Source of the DNA: Abditibacteriaceae bacterium
GTDB taxonomy: Bacteria > Armatimonadota > Abditibacteriia > Abditibacteriales > Abditibacteriaceae
Assembly (NCBI GenBank): GCA_031372065.1
Contig: JANMKN010000225.1
Coordinates: forward strand, 1-31,859
Length of the DNA stretch: 31,859 nt
Direction: 5' to 3'
The notes beneath the pieces were generated by a model. It had not been told where the DNA came from and searched no databases. It saw nothing but the letters and a program-made list of their open reading frames with translations. A program made the position numbers and the translations under genes. Below, in pieces: positions 18,036 through 26,785 of the stretch. Every line of letters starts with the position of its first letter. The first letter of the stretch is position 1.

Positions 18036-21000
18036 TCAATCCACATAAACGAACTCGTTCGCGTTGAGCAGCATACGGCACAATGCGAATAGGCTTTGGG
18101 CGCGCACCAGTTTGGAAGCGGCGCCCCGTTCGACGGCGCCGGGCGCTCGTTGCAGAGTAAGCGCGAAGGCGCGGTTGACCTGCGCGGTTTCGTCGGTGCC
18201 GACATCGGCTGCGATGCGGGCGGCGAGGTAGCGCGCTTGTTTGAGCATGAATTCGTTGTTGGACAGCGTCAGGGCTTGCAGCGAGGTCGTGGTATTACTA
18301 CGCACCGGCGTGAAGTTGGCCGGATTCGGGCTGTCGAGCGTGCTCATAAACTGGTGCGGCGTGGTGCGCACCACGAAGCGGTAAATGCTGCGGCGCCACA
18401 GGGCGGGCGCATCGGGCGTGATGTAGGAATAAACCGGCGCGTATTCTTCCTTGTAATCGAAATCGCGGTAGCCGGGGCCACCCATCGCAAGGTTTAATTT
18501 TCCACTGGTTTGCAGCACGGCATCGCGCAGCGATTCGGCGTCGAGGCGGCGCGAGTTCTGGCGCCACAATAAACGGTTGCCGGCGTCGATTTGCGTGGCT
18601 TTTTCGTTTTGAACGGCGGAAGATTGCTTGTAGGTTTCGCTGCTGCAAATCAAACGATGCAGCGCTTTTTGCGACCAGTCGCGCGCCAGAAATTCTCCGG
18701 CCAAATAATCAAGCAGTTCAGGATGCGAAGGCTTATCGCCGCCGCGCCCGAAGTCGCTGGGCGTGGTGACGAGGCCCTGTCCGAAATGATGATGCCAGAG
18801 GCGGTTGACTAAAACGCGCGGCGTCAGAGGGTTGTGCGAGTCGCAAATCCAGTTCGCCAGAGCAATGCGACGCGCACCTTCGGCAAGCTCATTAGTGCCG
18901 AAATCGGCGGGCAGTGCGGCTACCCACGAAAGCGTGCCCGGCGTCACGTCGTCGCCCGGCGTTTCGGGGTCGCCGCGTTTGAGTATTTTGACGGCAGGCG
19001 CCGTTTCGCTGGCGACGGCATAGACTTTTTCGGGTGCAGACAGGTTTTTGAGGTCGTTTTCCAGTTTGTCGCGCAGGGTTTCGAGGCGCGCGAGTTCGGC
19101 TTTGTCGGCGTCGGCAAGAGTTGGCTGCGCGAGCAGGATTTTGGCGTCGGTGAAGCAAATCTGATCCATGCCAATGCCGTTGCCGCCGTCGGTGGCCATC
19201 AGCGTGAGAAACCGCGAGGCGGCAGGCAAAGCGATTTCAAAAGGAAACAGGCCATCGTCGCGGCCAATTTTGTCGCGCGAGGTTTTGAGTTCGCCGTCCA
19301 CGAAAACGCGAAAATCGGCGCCGTTTTTGGGCGTTTGGCCGAAATATCCGGCGCCAGCGACGAATTTTAGCTCCGGCGGCACGCCGGCTTTGCGTAGTTC
19401 CGCAAGATCGAAGGTAATCGCGGCGTTGGCGTGCAGTCCCAGCAGCGTGTGGCCGGTGGCGAAGTCGGTTTCGCCGAGTTTGGTGGAAAACTGGTCGTTG
19501 ACCGCGCCGTTGCGAACCGCGTCCCACGCCTGCCCGGAAGTTTTGGGCACGCCCGTGACGGTGATTCCTGTCGAAGAAATCGGCACCGGCGTTTTGCCGT
19601 CCTCGCCCCCGTCGGGAATCACCACGCCGTCCACGAAACGCTGGGTCGCGCGTGCGAACTGATTGGTTTTGGCGCCCTCCAAATAGCCGCGTTTGTCGCT
19701 TTGCGCCTTCCCGCTGCTCTGGTCAACACCAGCGCCGATTTTGCCGCTGCCGCGCCCGTCGCCACCGCCCACGATGTCGGCCAGGTCGTAACCGTCGCCG
19801 CGCAGGCGCGCGATGGTGGTGCGCGTAGTTTGCAGACTGGTTTCCAGTTCCTGGCGCGTTGCGGCGAGGCGCGCCACTTCGACCGGTGAGATGTCGCGGT
19901 CGGCGCGCTTTAGTCCGGCGAAAACCGACCACAGGCTGTAATATTCGCGCTGCGAAATGGGGTCGAGTTTGTGATCGTGGCAGCGGGCGCAGTTGACCGT
20001 CATGCCGACGGTGGAAGTCATCACCTGCGTCACCATATCGTCCAAGTCGCCGGCGCGGGCGGCGCGTTTCAACGTCGGGCTTTGGGTTTCCACTTGTCCC
20101 ACGAAATCCCACGGCCCGGCGGCCAAAAAGCCGGTAGCAATAACAGCTTCACGGTCATTGGGCGCGATTACATCACCAGCGATTTGTTCGCGCACGAAGC
20201 GATCATACGGTTTGTCATCGTTGAGCGACTTGATGACGTAGTCGCGATAACGCCACGCGTTGGGGCGCAATTGGTCGCGCTCGAAGCCGTGCGTGTCGGC
20301 ATAGTGCGCGATGTCCAGCCAGTGCCGCGCCCAGCGCTCGCCATAATGCGGCGAGACGAGAAATTCGTCCACGAGCTTTTCGTAGGCGTCCGGCGCCGTG
20401 TCGCGCACGAACTGCTCCATGCGTTCGGGCGTGGGCGGCAGACCGAGCAAATCGAAGCTGAGACGGCGAATCAGCGTGCGGCGGTCGGCGCGGGACGCCG
20501 GTTGCAGGTTATTTTGGGCAAGTCGCGCGAAGATGAAGCGGTCAATGGGATTTTTCGCCCAAGCCGTCGGCAACTTTGGCGGCGAAGGCAGTGGCGTGGC
20601 CTTGACAGGTTGCACCGACCACCATGCGGCATCGGCGCGCGGCTTGGTGTCGGCGTTGCGCGGCGCGGGAGCGCCCATTTTGACCCATGTCACCAGCGTT
20701 TCGATGTCCGCATCCGGCAGTTTGCGGCCCGGCGGCATCGTCAGAGCCGCATCGTGGAATTGAACAGCGCGAATCAGAGCCGATTTTTCGGGCTGGCCGG
20801 GCAGCACTACAGCTTCGCCCGAAGCGCCGCCTTTTTCCCAGCCGTCCGGCGTATCGAGGCGCAATCCGCCTTTGATTTTGGCCGACTGTGCGCTGTGGCA
20901 GCTATAGCATTGCGCCGACAGTAGAGGCCGCACTTTTTGCTCGTAGAACGCCAACCCGGCGGGCGTGGGGGCTTCGGCGGCGCGCACAGAGGGCGCCAAA

Positions 21001-21047
21001 ACCATCAGCGTGCCGATAATTGCCGGCAAGAGCGCACTGGTTTTCAT
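18036..21047 (-). CDS. PSCyt1 + DUF1549 + NPCBM/NEW2-like insert + DUF1553 protein
   Basis: Signal peptide. FYEQKVRPLL..QCYSCH, GERWARHWLD, CARCHDHKLDPI. NPCBM-like LGLHANAAITFDL...F.AGAG....ADFRVFVDG...FLTLMATDGGNG...DQICF.DA. NPLTPRVLVNRLW, RRSIY, LLNANEFVYVD. Confidence 0.92.
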   Translation of the reverse strand: MKTSALLPAIIGTLMVLAPSVRAAEAPTPAGLAFYEQKVRPLLSAQCYSCHSAQSAKIKGGLRLDTPDGWEKGGASGEAVVLPGQPEKSALIRAVQFHDAALTMPPGRKLPDADIETLVTWVKMGAPAPRNADTKPRADAAWWSVQPVKATPLPSPPKLPTAWAKNPIDRFIFARLAQNNLQPASRADRRTLIRRLSFDLLGLPPTPERMEQFVRDTAPDAYEKLVDEFLVSPHYGERWARHWLDIAHYADTHGFERDQLRPNAWRYRDYVIKSLNDDKPYDRFVREQIAGDVIAPNDREAVIATGFLAAGPWDFVGQVETQSPTLKRAARAGDLDDMVTQVMTSTVGMTVNCARCHDHKLDPISQREYYSLWSVFAGLKRADRDISPVEVARLAATRQELETSLQTTRTTIARLRGDGYDLADIVGGGDGRGSGKIGAGVDQSSGKAQSDKRGYLEGAKTNQFARATQRFVDGVVIPDGGEDGKTPVPISSTGITVTGVPKTSGQAWDAVRNGAVNDQFSTKLGETDFATGHTLLGLHANAAITFDLAELRKAGVPPELKFVAGAGYFGQTPKNGADFRVFVDGELKTSRDKIGRDDGLFPFEIALPAASRFLTLMATDGGNGIGMDQICFTDAKILLAQPTLADADKAELARLETLRDKLENDLKNLSAPEKVYAVASETAPAVKILKRGDPETPGDDVTPGTLSWVAALPADFGTNELAEGARRIALANWICDSHNPLTPRVLVNRLWHHHFGQGLVTTPSDFGRGGDKPSHPELLDYLAGEFLARDWSQKALHRLICSSETYKQSSAVQNEKATQIDAGNRLLWRQNSRRLDAESLRDAVLQTSGKLNLAMGGPGYRDFDYKEEYAPVYSYITPDAPALWRRSIYRFVVRTTPHQFMSTLDSPNPANFTPVRSNTTTSLQALTLSNNEFMLKQARYLAARIAADVGTDETAQVNRAFALTLQRAPGAVERGAASKLVRAQSLFALCRMLLNANEFVYVD

Positions 21048-21079
21048 AGGATAGAGTGCTTAGACAGCTTTCCAACGCT

Positions 21080-21579
21080 GGTCGTGTTTCAGAAATGATG
21101 CTGTTTTGAATTGAGTGCATGGATGTAGAGTTTTATGACGGCCTGATGCATTTCGAGCGATTTGAAAAAGCAAATGGTTTTGCGCTGCAATCGCTTGATA
21201 TTAGTGCGGAAGTTGAGGTTTTTGCGCTCAATGTTTTGCGTGCCCTCTTTGCCAATATGATGACGTTTGGGATCAAGGGTTTTACCATAGCTTTGCCAAT
21301 TGCCGGTGGCGAAGTGTCGCACGTCAGCCGTTGAGTGTCATCGGCACAATCAATTCTCAATACAACGGGTTGCAAGCGCGGTAGGTGTAGTCCAGACAAA
21401 ACAGGAACTGCCTGCCGCATTCTTTGCAGCGAGAGCGTTGCTTGCCGTGGCGGGTTTTGCCATTCTTTTTGATGTGGCTTTGACCATACCTCGGACAGGC
21501 GATTTCTTTGCTCTTCACACCCCAAAGGGAGCCTGTTTGAGGTTCTATGCTCCCTCAACATCATTTCTGGAACACGACC
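21080..21579 (-). mobile_element. IS1-family insertion sequence remnant, internally deleted (~500 bp)
   Basis: TIRs GGTCGTGTTTCAGAAATGATGCTG (21080-21103) and the reverse complement of CAACATCATTTCTGGAACACGACC (21556-21579) match at 22/24. Encloses InsA-like and InsB-like fragments. Confidence 0.88.
21089..21518 (-). pseudogene. insAB: Degraded IS1 transposase (insA N-terminus joined to insB C-terminus)
   Basis: Minus strand reads IACPRYGQSHIKKNGKTRHGKQRSRCKECGRQF...DYTYRAC.P.Y*ELIVPMTLNG* (InsA zinc ribbon with C->Y and two stops). It then jumps to W.SY...H.IGKEGTQNIERKNLNFRTNIKRLQRKTICF.KS.EMH (InsB C-terminus). Confidence 0.85.
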
Positions 21580-21689
21580 GGAAAGATCATGTTCTTCATC
21601 AACTGCTTTGAAAGAGCGTATTTGACAATTTTGCGAAAACCGCTTGCTCAAAACAGAACCCCGGCGCGCCTCGATTGTCCGTTTATGCG

Positions 21690-24647
21690 ATGTTCGATTC
21701 CACCTTTAAACAAAAACTTTTCCGAAGCAGCGCCATAAACACTTTAGCAACGCTGGCGTTTGTTTCGATGGCCCGTGCCGCCGATGCGCCACCTGTAAAA
21801 ATTGCGCCCGAACAAGCGGAGTTTTTTGAAACGAAAATCCGCCCGCTTTTGGCCGAAAAATGCTATTCGTGCCACGGCGAACAAAAGCAAAAAGCCAAGC
21901 TGCGCCTCGATTCCAAGGCGGCGATAACCAAAGGCTCGGAGTTTGGCCCGGTAATTGTGGATAACGATCCGACCAAAAGTTCCCTCATTAAAACGGTGCA
22001 TTACGACGGCGAAATCAAAATGCCGCCGGCGGGAAAACTCAAAGACGAAGAAATCAAAGCGCTCGAAGCGTGGGTTAAAATGGGCGCGCCGTGGCCCGGC
22101 GATGCGACTGTAGCCGTTAATGGGGACGAAATTAGCGACGAAAAACGCAAATTCTGGTCATTTCAGCCGGTTCGCAATTTCGCGCCGCCCAAAGTTAAAA
22201 ACGGTGGCTGGACTGCCAACGAAGTTGATAATTTCATCTTAGCCAAGCTCGAAGCGCGCGGCCTTGCGCCCAATAAACCGGCTGCTAAAACAACCCTTAT
22301 TCGCCGCGCCACTTTCGATTTACACGGCTTGCCGCCCTCGCCGCAGGAAGTGCAGGATTTCGTAAATGATAAAGCGCCAAATGCTTACGAAAAAGTCGTT
22401 GACCGCCTTTTGGCAAGCCCGCGCTATGGCGAAAAATGGGGCCGTCACTGGCTGGATGTGGCGCGCTATGCCGACACCAAAGGCTATGTTTTCAACGAAG
22501 ACCGCGCTTATCCGAACGCTTTTCGCTACCGCGATTGGGTCATTAAAGCCTTCAACGACGATTTGCCTTACGACCAATTTATCACGCTGCAATTAGCCGC
22601 TGACCGTGTGAATTTGCCCGATGAAAAACGCGGCGATTTGGCGGCGCTGGGCTTTTTGCGCGTCGGGCGGCGCTTTTTAAATGCGCAGCCGGATATTATT
22701 GATGACCGCATTGATACAACCATGCGCGGCTTTCAGGGCTTGAGCGTTTCTTGCGCGCGTTGTCACGATCACAAATTCGACCCGATTCCGACCAAAGATT
22801 ATTATTCGCTGTATGGCATTTTTGCCAGCAGCAACGAGCCACCCGACAGGCCGATTTCGCCCAAAGCGATTGCCGACCCGTGGCAGGCGCACGACGATAA
22901 TGTTCGTAATACGGAAAATGAAAAGAATAATCTTGTGCGTGAGCAGGTAAAACTGCTGCGCGAACGCTTGAAAAAAGCAGAAGCGTTGCCGGAGGACGTC
23001 AAAAAGACGTTAGGCGAGTTCCGCGAAGATGGAATGCCGGACGAGAGGCAATTGAATATAGTGATGGTTTCCTTTGGCGAGGCCGAACGCGAGAAATTGA
23101 AAACTCTGCGTGCTTCGCTCGAAAGCCTGAAAAAATCGTATCCACCCGCGCCTGATAGGGCGATGACGATGGAAGACAAAGACAAACCTGTGGAGCAGCA
23201 CATTTTCAAGCGCGGCAATCAGGGAAATCAGGGCGATCCGGCGCCACGCCGCTTTTTGGCTGTGTTATCGCCGCCGCAACGCAATGAATGGAAAGAAGGC
23301 AGCGGGCGCTTGGAACTGGCGCAGGCGATTGCCTCGAAAGAGAATCCGCTCACGGCGCGCGTCATGGTCAATCGCATTTGGACGCATCATTTTGGCGCCG
23401 GCTTGGTGCGCACGCCCAGCGATTTCGGCACGCGCGGCGAAGCGCCGTCGCACCCCGAACTGCTGGATTATCTGGCGCGGCGTTTTATGAATGATGGCTG
23501 GAGCCAGAAAAAACTGCACAAGCTACTTTTGATGTCGGCGACTTATCAGCAAGACAGCAGTTTCGACGCGAAAGATTTCGCCGCCGACCCAGAAAATATG
23601 CTGCTCTGGCGCATGAATCGCCGCCGCTTAGAACTGGAAGATTTGCGCGATAGCCTTTTGGCTTCTTCAGGAAAACTCGATGCCCAAATTGGCGGCCCAT
23701 CTGTAGATTTGTGGAGCGCGCCTTTTACAGCGCGCCGCGCGGTTTACGGCCAGATTGAGCGGCAAAACCTGCCGGGCATCTTCAAAACCTTCGATTTCGC
23801 CACGCCCGATGCCAGCAGCCCGCAGCGTTTTCGCACCGTCGTGCCGCAGCAGGCGCTTTTTATGATGAATGACGAACTGGTAGTGCAACAAGCGCGCGCA
23901 TTGGTGGAGCGGCCCGAAATCAAAGACGCCAAAGACGACACGGCGCGCATTCGCGTGTTGTATCAAATTCTCTTCGCGCGCCCGCCGCAGCCCGACGAAA
24001 TTGCGCTTTCGCAAAAGTATTTGCAAACGGTGAAAGACACGGCGCCGCCGCCAAGCGAAGACCCTAAATGGCAATATGGCTATGGCGGCTACGACGAAAA
24101 AACCAATCGCGCCACCTTTGCGCCGTTTAAAGTTTTCAAAGAGGGCGCCTATCGTTTTGCCGATGAATTTCCGTCTTCTTCTGTGGCTGGATATGCTTCG
24201 CTCAATCAAAACGGTGGTCATCCGGGCCGCGATATAGCACACGGTGTTATTCGGCGCTGGATTGCGCCGCAAGATGGCACTGTTTCGGTTTCGGGCAATG
24301 CTAACCACGGCAATGATAAAGGCGATGGCGTCGAATTGCGCCTCGTTTCGAGCCGCGATGGTAACTTAGGCCGCTGGGTAGTTTTCAACGGCATGGCGAA
24401 AACCGAAGTGCCCAACATCAAGGTCAAAAAAGGCGATACGTTGGACTTTATCGCCGCAAGCGGCGCCAACGATGGCTACGATTCATTTGAATGGCTCGTT
24501 AGCATCACGCTTGATAACGGCCCAACTTTCGATGCGCAAACGCAATTCAGCGGGCCGGAAAAAGCCGTTGCTACCGTTCCGCTTCCCGCATGGGCGCGCT
24601 ATGCTCAAGCGCTGATGATGAGCAATGAATTTTATTTCGTGGATTAA
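21690..24647 (+). CDS. PSCyt1 + DUF1549 + DUF1553 protein with C-terminal beta-sandwich insert
   Basis: Probable start ATG 21690 with signal peptide ending AFVSMARA. FFETKIRPLL..KCYSCHG, YGEKWGRHWLDVARYAD, CARCHDHKFDPI, NPLTARVMVNRIW, RRAVY, insert WQYGYG...GGHPG...IRRWIAP..G, LMMSNEFYFVD. Confidence 0.92.
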   Translation: MFDSTFKQKLFRSSAINTLATLAFVSMARAADAPPVKIAPEQAEFFETKIRPLLAEKCYSCHGEQKQKAKLRLDSKAAITKGSEFGPVIVDNDPTKSSLIKTVHYDGEIKMPPAGKLKDEEIKALEAWVKMGAPWPGDATVAVNGDEISDEKRKFWSFQPVRNFAPPKVKNGGWTANEVDNFILAKLEARGLAPNKPAAKTTLIRRATFDLHGLPPSPQEVQDFVNDKAPNAYEKVVDRLLASPRYGEKWGRHWLDVARYADTKGYVFNEDRAYPNAFRYRDWVIKAFNDDLPYDQFITLQLAADRVNLPDEKRGDLAALGFLRVGRRFLNAQPDIIDDRIDTTMRGFQGLSVSCARCHDHKFDPIPTKDYYSLYGIFASSNEPPDRPISPKAIADPWQAHDDNVRNTENEKNNLVREQVKLLRERLKKAEALPEDVKKTLGEFREDGMPDERQLNIVMVSFGEAEREKLKTLRASLESLKKSYPPAPDRAMTMEDKDKPVEQHIFKRGNQGNQGDPAPRRFLAVLSPPQRNEWKEGSGRLELAQAIASKENPLTARVMVNRIWTHHFGAGLVRTPSDFGTRGEAPSHPELLDYLARRFMNDGWSQKKLHKLLLMSATYQQDSSFDAKDFAADPENMLLWRMNRRRLELEDLRDSLLASSGKLDAQIGGPSVDLWSAPFTARRAVYGQIERQNLPGIFKTFDFATPDASSPQRFRTVVPQQALFMMNDELVVQQARALVERPEIKDAKDDTARIRVLYQILFARPPQPDEIALSQKYLQTVKDTAPPPSEDPKWQYGYGGYDEKTNRATFAPFKVFKEGAYRFADEFPSSSVAGYASLNQNGGHPGRDIAHGVIRRWIAPQDGTVSVSGNANHGNDKGDGVELRLVSSRDGNLGRWVVFNGMAKTEVPNIKVKKGDTLDFIAASGANDGYDSFEWLVSITLDNGPTFDAQTQFSGPEKAVATVPLPAWARYAQALMMSNEFYFVD

Positions 24648-24653
24648 AGGGGG

Positions 24654-25103
24654 TTAATCTTCCACCAAATCAAGCGTGTTTTGATCTGGTTCGCCCCTAA
24701 AATACTGCTCAAGAACGCGCGTAAAAACGGAATTTTCAGCGGCAACAAAAGAAAACAAAGTCAGGCTTGACTTGAGTTTCATGTCATCGGGAAATCCGAA
24801 GATGGCGCTGGCCGTGAGGTCGCGGTGATGCAAAAGCGCTTCGCAGCATTCGGTTAATCGCTCGCCTAACAAAGCGTGCTTTAAATAAGCCCGCGCTTCG
24901 TCCAAGCTCTTGATGGCGTAACGCTGCGCCATAGCACTGTGACCTAATCCTTCGATTTGCGGGAAGATGAACCACATCCAATGACTTGTTTTGCGCCCGC
25001 GCCGCAACTCAGCGAGAGCTTGCACATAAACGCCTTTCTGCGCTTCGACAAAGCGCGCTAAATCAAAAGCGTCGGCTTCGACATTCAATTCGTTGCTATT
25101 CAT
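24654..25103 (-). CDS. DUF1810 family protein (often annotated calpastatin)
   Basis: Start ATG 25103. FDLARFVEAQ..VY.QALAELRRGRKTSHWMWFIFPQI.GLG.S.MA..YAI.SL.EA.AYL.H..LG.RL, IFG.PDD.KL.SS.TLF. Confidence 0.92.
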   Translation of the reverse strand: MNSNELNVEADAFDLARFVEAQKGVYVQALAELRRGRKTSHWMWFIFPQIEGLGHSAMAQRYAIKSLDEARAYLKHALLGERLTECCEALLHHRDLTASAIFGFPDDMKLKSSLTLFSFVAAENSVFTRVLEQYFRGEPDQNTLDLVED

Positions 25104-25204
25104 ATTGAAAATTGGACAGCGAAGCACACGATGGGTTCTCTGTGTAAAATTCGTGCAACCAATGCGTTGTCAGACACACTAAAGATTCGTTTTGGAAGAA
25201 GATT

Positions 25205-26671
25205 ATGTCACATCACAAGTCCCGTTTGGAAGATCATTTTTTAACGCGCCGTCAGTTTCTCTCGCGCATGGGCAATGGCTTTGCGGCCTTGGGCCTCGCC
25301 GGAGTCATCGGGCCGGAAGCGTTGGCGGCCAATGCGCCCGCAGGCAGTAAAGCGCCTGCCAAAGGCATTGACAGTCCGCTTTCGCCGCGCGCGCCGCAGT
25401 TTCCGGCCAAGGCCAAGCGCGTCATATTCCTGTTTATGAATGGCGGGCCGTCGCAAGTGGATACTTTCGACCCGAAACCAAAATTAACAGAGTTCGCGGG
25501 CAAAGCGATTCCCCTCGAATTGCGCACCGAACGCAAAACCGGCAGCGCGCTGGGGTCGCCTTTCAAGTTCCAAAAATACGGGCAAAGCGGCATCGAAGTC
25601 AGTGAACTATTTGCGAACACAGCGCAGCATATTGATGATATGTGCGTCATTCGCTCGATGCACGCCGATGTGCCGAATCACGAGCCATCGCTTTTGCTGA
25701 TGAACTGCGGCGAAGCGCGTTTGGTGCGTCCTTCGATGGGTTCGTGGATTACTTACGGACTTGGCACCGAAAACCAGAATTTGCCCGGTTTTATCGCCAT
25801 GTGTCCCGGCGGCTATCCGATTCAGGAAACGCAAAACTGGCAGTCCGGCTTTTTGCCCGGCGTTCTGGCCGGGACTTATGTTGACCCCAAAAATACCGAC
25901 ATCGAAAAATTAGTTTCCAACGTGCGCAACCATTATTTGACAACCGAAGACCAGCGCGCCCAACTCGATTTAGTGCAGGAACTGAACGCCAAGCACCTCA
26001 AAGAGCGCCAGAACGATGCGCAACTGGAATCGCGCATTCAATCGTTTGAATTGGCCTATCGAATGCAATCGGACGCTACAGATGCCTTCGACGTGGGCCG
26101 CGAATCGCAAAAAACGCGTGAAATGTATGGCCCCGGCGATTTCGCGCGGCAATGTTTAATCGCGCGGCGTTTGGCGGAGCGCGGCGTGCGTTTTATACAG
26201 CTATATCATGGCGCTGGTCAGCCGTGGGATAATCACGATGACATCGAATCAGGCCATCGCAATTTGGCGAACCAATCGGACAAACCGATTGCCGCTTTAA
26301 TTACCGACCTCAAGCAGCGCGGAATGTTAGACGAAACTTTGATTATTTGGGGCGGCGAATTTGGTCGCACGCCGGTTGTGGAATTGCCGACACCCGGCTC
26401 CAACGCGGGCAAAATGAATGGCCGCGATCATAATCATTACGGCTTTTCGATGTGGATGTGCGGCGGCGGCGTCAAAGGCGGCACCGTTTACGGCGCAACC
26501 GATGATTTCGGCTTTGCCGCGCAGGAAAACCCCGTCCACGTTCACGATTTGCACGCTACCATTTTGCAACTGCTTGGCTTTGACCACACCAAACTGACTT
26601 ATCGCTACGCGGGCCGCGATTTTCGTTTAACCGATGTGCATGGCAACGTGGTGAAAGAATTGATTGCGTAG
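25205..26671 (+). CDS. DUF1501 family protein
   Basis: GGAAG upstream. Tat motif LTRRQFL. AKRVIFLFMNGGPSQVDTFDPKP, PNHE, WDNH, EFGRTP, GRDHN, DLHATIL. Confidence 0.94.
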   Translation: MSHHKSRLEDHFLTRRQFLSRMGNGFAALGLAGVIGPEALAANAPAGSKAPAKGIDSPLSPRAPQFPAKAKRVIFLFMNGGPSQVDTFDPKPKLTEFAGKAIPLELRTERKTGSALGSPFKFQKYGQSGIEVSELFANTAQHIDDMCVIRSMHADVPNHEPSLLLMNCGEARLVRPSMGSWITYGLGTENQNLPGFIAMCPGGYPIQETQNWQSGFLPGVLAGTYVDPKNTDIEKLVSNVRNHYLTTEDQRAQLDLVQELNAKHLKERQNDAQLESRIQSFELAYRMQSDATDAFDVGRESQKTREMYGPGDFARQCLIARRLAERGVRFIQLYHGAGQPWDNHDDIESGHRNLANQSDKPIAALITDLKQRGMLDETLIIWGGEFGRTPVVELPTPGSNAGKMNGRDHNHYGFSMWMCGGGVKGGTVYGATDDFGFAAQENPVHVHDLHATILQLLGFDHTKLTYRYAGRDFRLTDVHGNVVKELIA

Positions 26672-26726
26672 AATAATGGGCTATGGTTCAAGCCGTCAAT
26701 TCGAGAAATTTGAACACATCGTAAAA

Positions 26727-26765
26727 CCAAAACGCGCCAGAGATTGATTCTCTGGCGCGTTTTGG
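26727..26765. terminator. Bidirectional intrinsic terminator between convergent genes
   Basis: Perfect 17-bp stem CCAAAACGCGCCAGAGA / TCTCTGGCGCGTTTTGG with a 5-nt loop. A4/T4 tracts at the stem base. Lies between the stops at 26671 (+) and 26786 (-). Confidence 0.85.
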
Positions 26766-26785
26766 CTTACGTGTTTTACGCCCGT

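Noticed and set aside
21622..21650. Sigma70 promoter from TTGACA
   Set aside because: No credible -10 hexamer at 16-18 bp spacing.
21133..21651. 172-aa minus-strand ORF over the IS
   Set aside because: Off-frame reading of the IS1 remnant; the transposase motifs lie in other frames.
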